Source: Verrucomicrobiales bacterium (GTDB lineage: Bacteria > Verrucomicrobiota > Verrucomicrobiia > Verrucomicrobiales > DEV007). From it: DNA of 64,000 bases. This document shows positions 37,503 through 47,352 of this stretch, in pieces. Each line of letters opens with the position of its first letter. The first letter of the stretch is position 1. The translations under genes and the position numbers were made by a program. Location: positions 70,354-134,353 of the forward strand of contig JARGPJ010000007.1 in NCBI GenBank assembly GCA_029212615.1, read 5' to 3'. The notes beneath the pieces were generated by a model that saw only the letters and a list, made by a program, of their open reading frames with translations, did not search any database and was not told the origin of the DNA.

Positions 37503-38285
37503 ATGACGAAAGATTGGAGCGATAAAGTGGTGATAGTGACCGGTGGTGCCGGTGGCATGGGGCAGGCTGCTGCGCAACGCTTTGCGGCGGCGGGGGCAAA
37601 GACTTTTATTTTCGGAAGGACCCTGAAGTCCCTCGAAGCCACTGCGGTTTTGTCTTCTAACATGATTCCCGTTGTCTGCGACGTGGCGAGCTCGGCGAGT
37701 ATTGCCGGGGCGATGGAGGTCGTTCTTGAGGCAGGGGCGCCGGATCTCTTAGTGCACACGGCAGGAATCAACACGGCGGATCGTTTCATGGCTCATAAAG
37801 ATCCGGCGCGAATTGCGTCGGAAGAAACCTGGAAAAGAATGCTCGATATCAATGTTCTCGGGGTCGTGAACATGATTCAAGCAGTGGTGAAGCCGATGGC
37901 CGACGCCGGAGGGGGACGCATTGTCGTGGTTTCCTCTACCGCCGGGCACGGATTTGATTCCTATGCAGGGGTTCCTTATACCGCCGGCAAGTGGGCTGTT
38001 CACGGTCTCCTGTTCACCGCGAGAGCTCAGCTCAGTGCGCATGGAATTGTCCTTTCGGAGTATGCTCCGGGCGAAGCGAATACTCCATTGGTCGATCAGC
38101 GGCCTGTCCTTCCGACGGAGGAGCATCGCAGTGCGATGATTCAAGCTGAGGACTGTGGAGAAACGCTTTTCTTTATGGGTTCGCAAGCTCACAGCATGAG
38201 TGTGATCCAGCTCCCTGTCTATCAGCCCTTCGGCGGGATGCCCCCGGAAATCACGGCCCCATGGCTCGCGGGGATGGGGCTTTAG
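37503..38285 (+). CDS. Short-chain dehydrogenase/reductase
   Basis: 'VTGGAGGMG', 'HTAG', 'VSS', YxxxK ('YTAGK'). Confidence 0.9.
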   Translation: MTKDWSDKVVIVTGGAGGMGQAAAQRFAAAGAKTFIFGRTLKSLEATAVLSSNMIPVVCDVASSASIAGAMEVVLEAGAPDLLVHTAGINTADRFMAHKDPARIASEETWKRMLDINVLGVVNMIQAVVKPMADAGGGRIVVVSSTAGHGFDSYAGVPYTAGKWAVHGLLFTARAQLSAHGIVLSEYAPGEANTPLVDQRPVLPTEEHRSAMIQAEDCGETLFFMGSQAHSMSVIQLPVYQPFGGMPPEITAPWLAGMGL

Positions 38286-38310
38286 GCCTGATTTGATGGT
38301 TGTGTTAATT

Positions 38311-38323
38311 ACTGAAATTCAGT
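38311..38323. promoter_or_regulatory. Candidate operator palindrome upstream of the PEP-CTERM gene
   Basis: ACTGAA-A-TTCAGT perfect inverted repeat flanked by AATT on both sides, ~70 nt before ATG 38395. Confidence 0.3.
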
Positions 38324-38394
38324 GAATTGAGAGAAAAATTCTGTTTGATCCTGGGTTAGGGCATCGGTTATACAAGGGGCGTTACCATTTTTTT

Positions 38395-41300
38395 ATGAGG
38401 TCCTCTTATTCTGCTGTTGCGGCGTTATTGCTGTCTTGTTTTGTTTTAGCCCTGACGCCGGCCGATTTATATGCGCAGGTGACGACGACAGGGCTGGAAT
38501 ATAATTTTGATGCCAATGCTGACCAGACATTGGATGACGGCTGGGAAAGCAGTGTTAATTCGGGAATCAGGGACTGGGAGTTCACTCTGGATACCCGGGT
38601 AGGAACGGGAAATGATATTCTTCAGAGCAATACGCTATTGGGAGATTTACATGGTATTTCAGGGCGGTTGAACTTTCCCCGGACGAGTAGCGGATTAAGT
38701 GACAGTCGCGATAACGGCGGGGCAACGACCTATAATTCCGCGCCCGGTTTTTCCACTGACGACGCCTCCTGGGAGTTTTGGATTCGTTTGGATAACGTGA
38801 CTGATAACCAGATCATTTGGGAATCAGGAGGCAGTGGTTCCGGATCGGCATTCACGATTTCGGGAGGCAATTTAGAATGGGTGATTAAGAATGGGGCGGC
38901 AACGGACTTCGTCTCAAGCGCGATTACCGCGGGTGAGTATCACCATGTCGTAGGTGTCTATGAGAGGGACGACGCAGCGGCAACGGTCAACTCCGGCTCC
39001 GCTGATACGATGACGCTCTATATCGATGGCGTTCTGGTTGGAACGACGCGGGACAACGGAGCTGAAACGGCAATGCATTTGTGGGATGGGGGTGACCATG
39101 CCGGTTTGGGAGGTGGGGGAGCGTCGACGGGATTTGCTTCAAACGGCGCGGTGGGAGGATCGGATGGTGCCCTCGGTAACATCGCGTCATACACGAACCT
39201 CGATGGCAGAATCGCGGCCTACCGTTTCTACGATGGCGCACTGACTTCTGCAGACGTAGCAAATAATATTGCTGCTGTTCAGGCTGAGTTTGTCTACTTC
39301 GATGACGGGTTTGGTACCCCCGGAACAGATACGCTGTGGCGAAACGAAACCAATTGGGACACAAACTTAGTGAGCAGCCAAAACCAGAATACGGTGATTA
39401 ATGCGGATCAGACCGTGGTCATTGATGCTCAAACAACGGCAAATACGCAGACGCTTTACATCGGCGATGATGGTGTTTCCTCTCTCTCCGGGTATGTGAG
39501 CGATGGAACGACTCCGGCAGGGGGCGACGGCACTCTCGTAATGAATGGCGGGACCTTGAATGCAACCCAGATCATCCTGGGAGACAACGGTCACATCGGG
39601 ACCTTTGACTTCATTGATGGAACGATCAATGTGGCTAAGAATGCCGATGCGGATGTTTCGGGGCAGGAGGCATTTCAGGTGGGTTTTTCCGATTCGGGGA
39701 CGGGCACAAATGTCTTAACGATGGGAATGCTGGATGGCAGCACGACACCTGTCCTCAATATTTCGGGAGGCCGGTTGGAGATTGGCGACAACGGCAATGA
39801 TGTTGGTAGTTCAAAGGTCGACGCCACCTTCAACATGAGAAGTGGCATTCTGAACGTCAACGGTCAGAATATGATCCTGGGGCAAAGCAACATTGCTGAT
39901 GATTCAGCGATTCGCTTTAATCTAAGTGGTGGAGAAGTGAATGTCGGTTCTGACATGAATTTTAATGATGGCAGTGTCGTTATGACTCAAACTGGTGGCG
40001 TGATTTCTGTCAGGGATCTTCAAACACAAAACACAGGAGCCGCCACCGATGTGGTCAATTTGAACGGTGGGATTTTTGAAATCAGGGATGACCTGAATGA
40101 TCGAAATGGAACTTCGACTCTGAATATTGATGGGGGGCGGCTCGAGTTGGATGGGGCTGTCGTCGCGACTCGCGAGGTCGAAAATATCAATTTTTCGTCA
40201 GGAGTGATTGAATTTTCAATTGCTGATGCCGGGGATGGAACCACCGCATTAACCGTTGGATCGGGATCGGATCCCAACGGAGCCGGGGTTTTTACAGGAA
40301 CAGGCCAAATCGACATCGAGTTGGACAATATTGATATAGGAATCTCCTCAGCTTCTACCACTACGTGGGGTGTCGGGTCCGGCTCGGGTGAGTGGACGAA
40401 GACAAACAATACTGAGTGGAGTGCTGCCAATCCGATTCAGTATATTCTGAGCGGAACTCAGTATACCCTGATTCAGGGAAACAACGCGGCAACGGTGATG
40501 ACTGATTTGGGGGATCTAACTTCGGCCAATGCTGACTGGGTTTTAGAGACTTTTAACACGCACAATACAGACGATTCGTTGAGAGCTGTTGCGGCAAATA
40601 ATGTCGCCTTGACCCCTATTAAAGCGGTCATTGACGCAGCGGGACAAACCATTACCCGGAACAGCACTTTGATCATTTCTTCAGAAGTGGGGGCGGATGC
40701 AGCAGAATTAGACCTGATCGATGGCACGCTGGATCTGGGCACGTCAGGTAGCGATCTTCGAATTGGTGGTGAAGGGGAGGGGAATTTGAGTCAGAGTGGC
40801 GGAATCCTCACCGTGAATAACATAATTTTCGGTGGGGGAGAAGATACCACGGGTGGGACCATTGAATTGACCGGCGGAGTTTTAACGGTGGATGGTTCAA
40901 TCGTTGAGGGGGCTCTCGGTGCGCCGACGTCGACGGTCGATACTGCTCAACTCCTGTTGAGTAATGGTCACGAATTGACCGTGGCCGGGGATATTTTTGT
41001 TCAACAGTTTAATGTGGGCGCACTGTCAGGCGGGGCGGCGACGACCTATACCGCAACGAATCAAACCGTAGCATCTTCAGGCACGACTGCTGTCGGCGAT
41101 GCCGGGACGGGTATCTATACGATGGATGGTTCGACTCATGCGGCTTCTAATTTCACGATAGGAAGCACCGCGACAGGGGTTGGTACGGTGACACAGCGCG
41201 GAGGTTCGATCGAGACATCAGGTGAGTTTGCCGCGGGAAAGAGCGGCGATGGAACTTACACTCTGGAAAGACATGGCTATTTCCAAAGTGGAACATTGAC

Positions 41301-42975
41301 GGTGGGTGGCGAGTTTGTTGTCGGCACCGGTGGGACTGGAACAGTAAACATCCTCGATGGGGTGGTTGATATTAATGGCGCAGGACTTGATGTCGCCAGC
41401 GGTGTTGGTTCCACCGGGAATTTCACACTGGGAAGCAGTGCAGGCGTCTACAACCCTCTCGTGAACGTGGGTGGCGGAAACTTTGAGACAGCGAATCAGG
41501 GAACAGGGAATGTAAATCTCTTGAGCGGTCAGGTCGTTCTTGAAACTAATAACCTGATCACCGGTCAGTCGGCGGCCTCTGTTGCCAATGTGATCATGGG
41601 TGGAGGTCAGGGCAAGTTTGTCATGAACAGCCTCGTCAGTAATGATTGGAATACAAACGATGGTCAGGGGAACGTTGATGTCCTGAAGAACGCAACGATC
41701 AACCTCGGAAGAAACCTCAATCTCGGGACCGGCGGAGCACTTGATCTCGACCTTATCGGCGGGGCGATCAATATAGGCGTGAACAACGGCGGGGGAGATC
41801 TGGATTATCGGGGGGGAACCGGAACCACAGATATCATCAAGGTGACGGATGCTCTACTCACGATCGCCGATGATTTTATTTTCGACGATGGAACAGGGGT
41901 TTTTCAGGTGAATGGAAGTGGGAGTAAAATTACAGTGGGCGATGCATACACTCAGGCGGCGGGCAATGAACTCATTGCAGCCTTCGATCCCCTGGGGGTC
42001 ACCGCTATTGAGGTGGGAGGAGACGTGACGCTGGCAGGCTCACTGAATATCGATGAAACCAGGATCGGAACGGTGGCACCCAATTCGGCATCGACGCTGG
42101 GAGTCGCGGGAGCCTGGGATGCAACGCCGACGAACTGGGATGAAGGTAACCCGTCAGCCGTCGGGATCTTGACCGGTGATCGAGTTGTTGTGATCGAATA
42201 CGGCGGTGTTTTAACCGACAACGGTTATGCGCTCGATGCAGGAGATGCAGCCAATTGGACGTTGGATACCGGCACGGCAGGAGAAGTCGCCGTCATCGCT
42301 CAAACGGATTTCGGAAGCGCACCGGTTAATGCAATTCTGGATAGCGATGGAACGACGACTCGCGCATCGAATCTCACGATTGATGCGTCGGGTGCAGCTG
42401 CCGATGCCGCCGGCTTGACGGTGACTTCAGGTGACACCCTGGCTCTCGGTGGAAATACGCTCACTGTTCAAGGGGGCGCGACTCTGGCAGGGGAAGGAAC
42501 CGTTAGCGGAGGAAACACCACCATTACGAGCGGGGCTTTTCTGAGTTCAGGCGCGACGGAGACAGGATTGGTGGGCGGCGGCTCAACGGCGGGAACGATG
42601 ACTTTCAGTGGTGATCTGACCATGGATTCCGGATCGACCTGGCTGGTGGATATTGTCGATTCGACCACGGCTGACAAGATTGATGTCAGCGGTGCGCTCA
42701 CGATTGGGGGAGCGAACCTTGAGTTTGGCGGTTTCGCCCCGGACACAGAAACAACCTATGCGGTGGCCTCTTATGGGAGCCTTTCCGGAACCTTCAGCGG
42801 TCTTGCTGAGGGGGCAATGATTAATGGCTATGAGATCAACTATGGGACCCGGGCCGGTTATTCGAACCAGATTACCCTGACAGCTGTTCCCGAGCCGTTG
42901 ACGATGATTCCGATGATTCTGGGGGCGCTGACCGCCGGGTTCTTTGCCCGGCGCAGGAAGCGCGCGAAAGAGTGA
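38395..42975 (+). CDS. Large PEP-CTERM-anchored surface protein with N-terminal LamG domain and beta-strand repeats
   Basis: Signal peptide, LamG-like domain ('ASWEFW', 'YHHVVGVY', 'LYIDG', 'GRIAAYRFY'), G/T/N-rich 'xxGGxL' repeats. C-terminal 'VPEP' + hydrophobic helix + 'RRRKR'. Confidence 0.9.
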   Translation: MRSSYSAVAALLLSCFVLALTPADLYAQVTTTGLEYNFDANADQTLDDGWESSVNSGIRDWEFTLDTRVGTGNDILQSNTLLGDLHGISGRLNFPRTSSGLSDSRDNGGATTYNSAPGFSTDDASWEFWIRLDNVTDNQIIWESGGSGSGSAFTISGGNLEWVIKNGAATDFVSSAITAGEYHHVVGVYERDDAAATVNSGSADTMTLYIDGVLVGTTRDNGAETAMHLWDGGDHAGLGGGGASTGFASNGAVGGSDGALGNIASYTNLDGRIAAYRFYDGALTSADVANNIAAVQAEFVYFDDGFGTPGTDTLWRNETNWDTNLVSSQNQNTVINADQTVVIDAQTTANTQTLYIGDDGVSSLSGYVSDGTTPAGGDGTLVMNGGTLNATQIILGDNGHIGTFDFIDGTINVAKNADADVSGQEAFQVGFSDSGTGTNVLTMGMLDGSTTPVLNISGGRLEIGDNGNDVGSSKVDATFNMRSGILNVNGQNMILGQSNIADDSAIRFNLSGGEVNVGSDMNFNDGSVVMTQTGGVISVRDLQTQNTGAATDVVNLNGGIFEIRDDLNDRNGTSTLNIDGGRLELDGAVVATREVENINFSSGVIEFSIADAGDGTTALTVGSGSDPNGAGVFTGTGQIDIELDNIDIGISSASTTTWGVGSGSGEWTKTNNTEWSAANPIQYILSGTQYTLIQGNNAATVMTDLGDLTSANADWVLETFNTHNTDDSLRAVAANNVALTPIKAVIDAAGQTITRNSTLIISSEVGADAAELDLIDGTLDLGTSGSDLRIGGEGEGNLSQSGGILTVNNIIFGGGEDTTGGTIELTGGVLTVDGSIVEGALGAPTSTVDTAQLLLSNGHELTVAGDIFVQQFNVGALSGGAATTYTATNQTVASSGTTAVGDAGTGIYTMDGSTHAASNFTIGSTATGVGTVTQRGGSIETSGEFAAGKSGDGTYTLERHGYFQSGTLTVGGEFVVGTGGTGTVNILDGVVDINGAGLDVASGVGSTGNFTLGSSAGVYNPLVNVGGGNFETANQGTGNVNLLSGQVVLETNNLITGQSAASVANVIMGGGQGKFVMNSLVSNDWNTNDGQGNVDVLKNATINLGRNLNLGTGGALDLDLIGGAINIGVNNGGGDLDYRGGTGTTDIIKVTDALLTIADDFIFDDGTGVFQVNGSGSKITVGDAYTQAAGNELIAAFDPLGVTAIEVGGDVTLAGSLNIDETRIGTVAPNSASTLGVAGAWDATPTNWDEGNPSAVGILTGDRVVVIEYGGVLTDNGYALDAGDAANWTLDTGTAGEVAVIAQTDFGSAPVNAILDSDGTTTRASNLTIDASGAAADAAGLTVTSGDTLALGGNTLTVQGGATLAGEGTVSGGNTTITSGAFLSSGATETGLVGGGSTAGTMTFSGDLTMDSGSTWLVDIVDSTTADKIDVSGALTIGGANLEFGGFAPDTETTYAVASYGSLSGTFSGLAEGAMINGYEINYGTRAGYSNQITLTAVPEPLTMIPMILGALTAGFFARRRKRAKE

Positions 42976-43045
42976 AACTGTCGCCCGAAGTCGTTGGCCT
43001 GCATTTTTTCGGTTAACTTTTTCACCCGTCGGCAGTGATAGGGTG

Positions 43046-45757
43046 ATGAGATTTACATCGCCGATTATTCTTCTGCTTACTGCGATTCCCTTTTCCTTGT
43101 CGGCGATCGACTACGAGACGGATATTGCCCCGATCTTTGAAGCGAACTGCCTCGATTGTCATGGTCCTGATAAGGAAAAGTCAGGTTTCCGTGTGGATAT
43201 GCGGGCGCAAATGCTAAAAGGGGGGGACACCGGTTTCCCTGCGATCGTTCCCGGCGACTGGGAGGCCGGCTATCTCATGGAAGTGGTGACGCACCTTGAT
43301 GAAGAGATGGCGATGCCTCCAAAAGGGGACAAGCTCGCGGATGATGATATTAAGTTGCTGAAAGAGTGGGTCAATGCCGGTGCAGAATGGCCGGGTCAGA
43401 TGGATGCGGTTCTGGATGATGGAACCGATCATTGGTCTTTTCACCCCGTGGTCCGTCCTGAAGTTCCTGAAGGCGGGAGCACCCCTATTGATTCCTTTCT
43501 CGAAGAAAAGTTGAATGAAGCAGGCGTCGTCCCGAATGGCCCTGCTGACGCGAGGGCACTTATTCGCCGGGCCGCGGTCACCCTGACAGGGTTGCCTCCG
43601 ACACCTGACAGGGTTGAGTCATTCATCGTGGAATACGAAACGGACGGGGAGCTCGCATACGGGGAGTTGGTGGATGAATTGCTTGCTTCAAATCATTTTG
43701 GAGAGCGGTGGGCACAGCATTGGCTGGACTCAATCCGGTGGGCGGAGACGAATGGGTCGGAAGCAAATCTCTACCGCAAGAATGCCTGGATCTACCGGGA
43801 TTATGTCGTTCGGGCTTTTAACGACGATGTGCCATATCATCAATTTATCACCGAGCAGTTGGCTGGTGACCAGTTAGGGGTGGGAGAGGCGACCGGGTTT
43901 CTCGTCGCGGGACCGCATGTCCCAGCTGCGACGGTCGGGCGTGAGCCTGCAGCTATTCGCCAGGCGAGGGCTGACCGCGTTGATGAGGTGATGCAGACGA
44001 TAGGTGCGTCTATGTTAGGCATGACGGTGAGCTGTGCCCGTTGTCATAATCACAAGTTCGACCCTATTTCAATTCAGGACTATTATGCTCTCACGGCTGT
44101 GTTTCAGGGAGTGGAGTTCGGGGGGCGCTATCCGGAGTTTGCCGAGGATCATCCAAGAAGAGAGCGTGCCAAAGAGATTCGTAAGGAGATGTTTCAACTG
44201 CGCGAGATTCTTCGCAAGGGTTCGGGACAATGGAAGGAGGACTGGGGCGGGTTCGTGGAGTTCCAGTTTCCCGCTACTGAGACGAGTGCCCTTCGTGTTG
44301 AGTTTTCGGCTAGGAATGTCGGAATTGATGAGTTGCAGCTCTTTGGCCCGGAGAACTATAACGAAAATCTCGCCCTTGCTTCAAACGGCGCGGAGTTGGT
44401 GAGCGGTGAGGGGATGACGAAGGATGGGAACGAATTGTGGAAAGCCAATGATGGTCAGTTCGGAACGATGGCGTGGCGGACTGCTTTGCCGAAAGGAAGC
44501 AAAGAGAAACCCTGGATCGAGATCCGCTTGCCAGTGGCCGCGGAGGTGAGTCGATTCCGCTTCAGCAGTAACCGCGAATACTATTTCGAAACAGACTATC
44601 TGGAGGGCGGAACGAAGAAGAACCTCCCCGGGTTTAAGGTTCTGGCGAAGCAGGAGGACGGAAGTTGGAAAGAGCTTGGCAACACGGGGTGGGCGGATCA
44701 GAACATTACATCGAATCCGGCTTTGAAGAAGGTATCAGATCGTCTTCATGAACTCATCGAACTCCTCGGAGAGGAAGGGCCACAGCATAGCTTTGTCGGT
44801 AGCTTTACGGCGATGCCGGAAGTGACTCATGTTCTGCACCGAGGGAGTCCGGAGAACCCCCGGGATGAAGTGGTGCCGGCCGGGTTCGCGCTCATGAACG
44901 GTGATCTCGGGCTTGATTCGACAGCTCCGGATTCTCAGCGACGACTCCGGTTTGCAGAGTGGCTTATTGATGAATCAAACCCTTTAACGGCGCGCGTCAT
45001 GGTCAATCGAATCTGGCATCATGTTTTTGGCGCCGGCATAGTTCCTACCGCGACCGATTTCGGGCATGCCGGCGCAGCACCTTCCCATCCGGAACTCCTC
45101 GACTGGCTTGCCTCTGAATTTGTCGAAGATGGATGGTCGATGAAGAGGGTGATCAAAATGCTGGTCATGACAGATGCCTTCCAACGATCAAGCGCACCGT
45201 CGGAAGCGGGAATCGCTGCCGATGCGGGGGCTTCCCTGCTTTGGCGTTTTCCTCCACGCCGGATCGAGGCGGAGGTGATTCGTGATGGTATTCTCCAGGC
45301 ATCGGGGAATCTCAATCCTGAAGTCGGTGGCAGAAGTTTTCGGATTCATAACGTTAAGAAGACTTATGCCCAATGGGAGGTAGTTGACAATCACGGTCCG
45401 GAGACATGGAGGCGGATGCTTTACCAGGAGCGCATGCGGCGTGTTGATGATAGGATTTTCACGGCCTTCGACTTCCCTGATTGTGGGCAGGTTAGAGCGA
45501 GACGGCCTGTTTCGACGACGCCGCTTCAGGCTCTTAATCTGATGAACAGCGATTTTGTGATCGAGCAGTCCGAATATATCTCGGAACGCGCGATACGGGA
45601 GGTGGGTGATGATGCTGAAGAACGGATCCGGAGGGTGTTTGAGCTGCTTCTCGTTCGTGAACCGGACTCCGATGAAATCAATGCCTGCGCAGGTATTGAC
45701 TTAAACCTCGTCTGTCGAAGCCTGATTAATTCCAATGAGTATGCCTTTTTACCATGA
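43046..45757 (+). CDS. Planctomycete cytochrome c / DUF1549 / DUF1553 protein with an inserted discoidin-like domain
   Basis: CLDCH, 'HWSF', 'RRAAVTLTGLPP', 'GERWAQHWLD', 'YRDYV', second heme motif CARCH-NHKFDPI, 'NPLTARVMVNRIW', 'PSHPELLDWLA', 'RPVSTTPLQAL'. A middle 'NLALASNGA...WIEI.LP' segment is F5/8-like. Start ATG 43046. Confidence 0.9.
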   Translation: MRFTSPIILLLTAIPFSLSAIDYETDIAPIFEANCLDCHGPDKEKSGFRVDMRAQMLKGGDTGFPAIVPGDWEAGYLMEVVTHLDEEMAMPPKGDKLADDDIKLLKEWVNAGAEWPGQMDAVLDDGTDHWSFHPVVRPEVPEGGSTPIDSFLEEKLNEAGVVPNGPADARALIRRAAVTLTGLPPTPDRVESFIVEYETDGELAYGELVDELLASNHFGERWAQHWLDSIRWAETNGSEANLYRKNAWIYRDYVVRAFNDDVPYHQFITEQLAGDQLGVGEATGFLVAGPHVPAATVGREPAAIRQARADRVDEVMQTIGASMLGMTVSCARCHNHKFDPISIQDYYALTAVFQGVEFGGRYPEFAEDHPRRERAKEIRKEMFQLREILRKGSGQWKEDWGGFVEFQFPATETSALRVEFSARNVGIDELQLFGPENYNENLALASNGAELVSGEGMTKDGNELWKANDGQFGTMAWRTALPKGSKEKPWIEIRLPVAAEVSRFRFSSNREYYFETDYLEGGTKKNLPGFKVLAKQEDGSWKELGNTGWADQNITSNPALKKVSDRLHELIELLGEEGPQHSFVGSFTAMPEVTHVLHRGSPENPRDEVVPAGFALMNGDLGLDSTAPDSQRRLRFAEWLIDESNPLTARVMVNRIWHHVFGAGIVPTATDFGHAGAAPSHPELLDWLASEFVEDGWSMKRVIKMLVMTDAFQRSSAPSEAGIAADAGASLLWRFPPRRIEAEVIRDGILQASGNLNPEVGGRSFRIHNVKKTYAQWEVVDNHGPETWRRMLYQERMRRVDDRIFTAFDFPDCGQVRARRPVSTTPLQALNLMNSDFVIEQSEYISERAIREVGDDAEERIRRVFELLLVREPDSDEINACAGIDLNLVCRSLINSNEYAFLP

Positions 45758-47352
45758 AACAAATCCCCTTAGTTCTTCTCTTCTTTCTCGCGAGTTTTGC
45801 TCTTCAGCCTTCTGCCTCGGGGAAGCCGAATGTGCTCTTTATTGCCATTGATGACTTGCGGCCCGAGCTGGGGTGCTATGGCTCTCCGGCGGTGAAATCC
45901 CCGAATCTGGATGCTCTTGCGGCAAGGGGACTTCGCTTCGATCGCGCCTACTGTCAGCAGGCGATCTGTTCGCCTTCCCGGGCCAGCCTTCTTTCCGGGC
46001 TTCGTCCTGATGACACTGGCATTACTCATAACTATGTAGCGTTTCGAGATCTGAATCCTGATGTGATCACGATTCCTCAGCATTTCAGGGCTCACGGTTA
46101 CGAAACAGTGTCGAGCGGGAAGATATTCCACCGGCCGAAGGACGATCCTCAGTCATGGAGCCGGGATCCCGCATACAAAATGACGCCGTTTAAGAAGCCT
46201 AACTACACTTTTGCTTTGCCAGAGAATTACGCCCTCCACATGCAGCAGAAGAAGGAGATGCTGGAGAAATATGGAGAGGCATCGAAACGGGGGTTAGCCA
46301 GTGGCCCTGCCTATGAAAGTGCAGATGTTCCTGATCATGCCTATATCGACGGATACAATACCGAGGCGGCGATCGCGACTCTGAAGGAAATGGGGGGAGA
46401 TGATGAGAAGCCATTTTTCCTGGCGATGGGATACAAGCTCCCGCATCTTAACTGGTGTGCACCGCAGAAATACTGGGACCTTTATGAGCGGGATGAAATA
46501 GCGCTTCCGGCCCAAACCGAAGGCCCGGAAGGCGGTGCTATGATTGGGTTGCACCCCTCTTTTGAGTTGCGTGTCAGAGCAAATATTCCAAAGATAGGGC
46601 CGATGGGGGATGAACTTTCCCGAACGTTGCTTCACGCCTACTATGCCAGCGCGAGTTATGTCGATGCGCTGATTGGAAAGTTGCTCAAGACGCTCGACGA
46701 GGTGGGGGAACGTGATAATACGATCATCATCGTCTGGGGCGATCATGGCTGGCATCTCGGTGACATGGGAATCTGGGGCAAAGCGACCAATCATGAGATC
46801 GCGACCCGCGTTCCTCTCATCGTTTCGACGCCGGAGATGAGAGCGAAAGGGGAGGGCACGCAGGCGCTGGTCGAACTTGTCGATATCTATCCGACGCTGT
46901 GTGAGCTGGCGGGTCTCCCTGCGCCGGAGCATGTCGTCGGAAAGAGTTTTGCACCGCTTCTCGACGATCCGGATTTGAAGTGGAAAGAAGTTGCCCTCAG
47001 TCAGTTTCCCAGCCCGGCTTTGCGTGAGTGGGCTGCGAATCCGCTCTCACCCGAAATGAGGGAAACATTCTTCGGGCCACTCATCGAGGAGGTGGAGACG
47101 CGTGTGAGTCAACAGCAGGGCGAACTCTGGGATCGTGATCTTTTTGAGAACCACCTCATGGGATACAGTGTTCGAACCGATCAGTACCGTTTCGTAACCT
47201 GGTTGGACTATCGTGACCTGAAGGCAGCCCCCGTTTTTGTGGAGCTTTACGATCATGAAGCGGATCCTGCCGAAACAGTAAATGTGGCAGCCACTCATCC
47301 GGAGGTGGTCACAGAGTTGACCGCTAAACTCTTCCAAATTTTGAACCCATGA
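45754..47352 (+). CDS. Cys-type sulfatase (iduronate-2-sulfatase-like)
   Basis: 'PNVLFIAIDDLRP', 'CSPSRASLL', 'GKIFH', 'KLPHL', 'WGDHGW', 'WGK'. ATGA overlaps with both neighbours. Confidence 0.92.
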   Translation: MKQIPLVLLFFLASFALQPSASGKPNVLFIAIDDLRPELGCYGSPAVKSPNLDALAARGLRFDRAYCQQAICSPSRASLLSGLRPDDTGITHNYVAFRDLNPDVITIPQHFRAHGYETVSSGKIFHRPKDDPQSWSRDPAYKMTPFKKPNYTFALPENYALHMQQKKEMLEKYGEASKRGLASGPAYESADVPDHAYIDGYNTEAAIATLKEMGGDDEKPFFLAMGYKLPHLNWCAPQKYWDLYERDEIALPAQTEGPEGGAMIGLHPSFELRVRANIPKIGPMGDELSRTLLHAYYASASYVDALIGKLLKTLDEVGERDNTIIIVWGDHGWHLGDMGIWGKATNHEIATRVPLIVSTPEMRAKGEGTQALVELVDIYPTLCELAGLPAPEHVVGKSFAPLLDDPDLKWKEVALSQFPSPALREWAANPLSPEMRETFFGPLIEEVETRVSQQQGELWDRDLFENHLMGYSVRTDQYRFVTWLDYRDLKAAPVFVELYDHEADPAETVNVAATHPEVVTELTAKLFQILNP

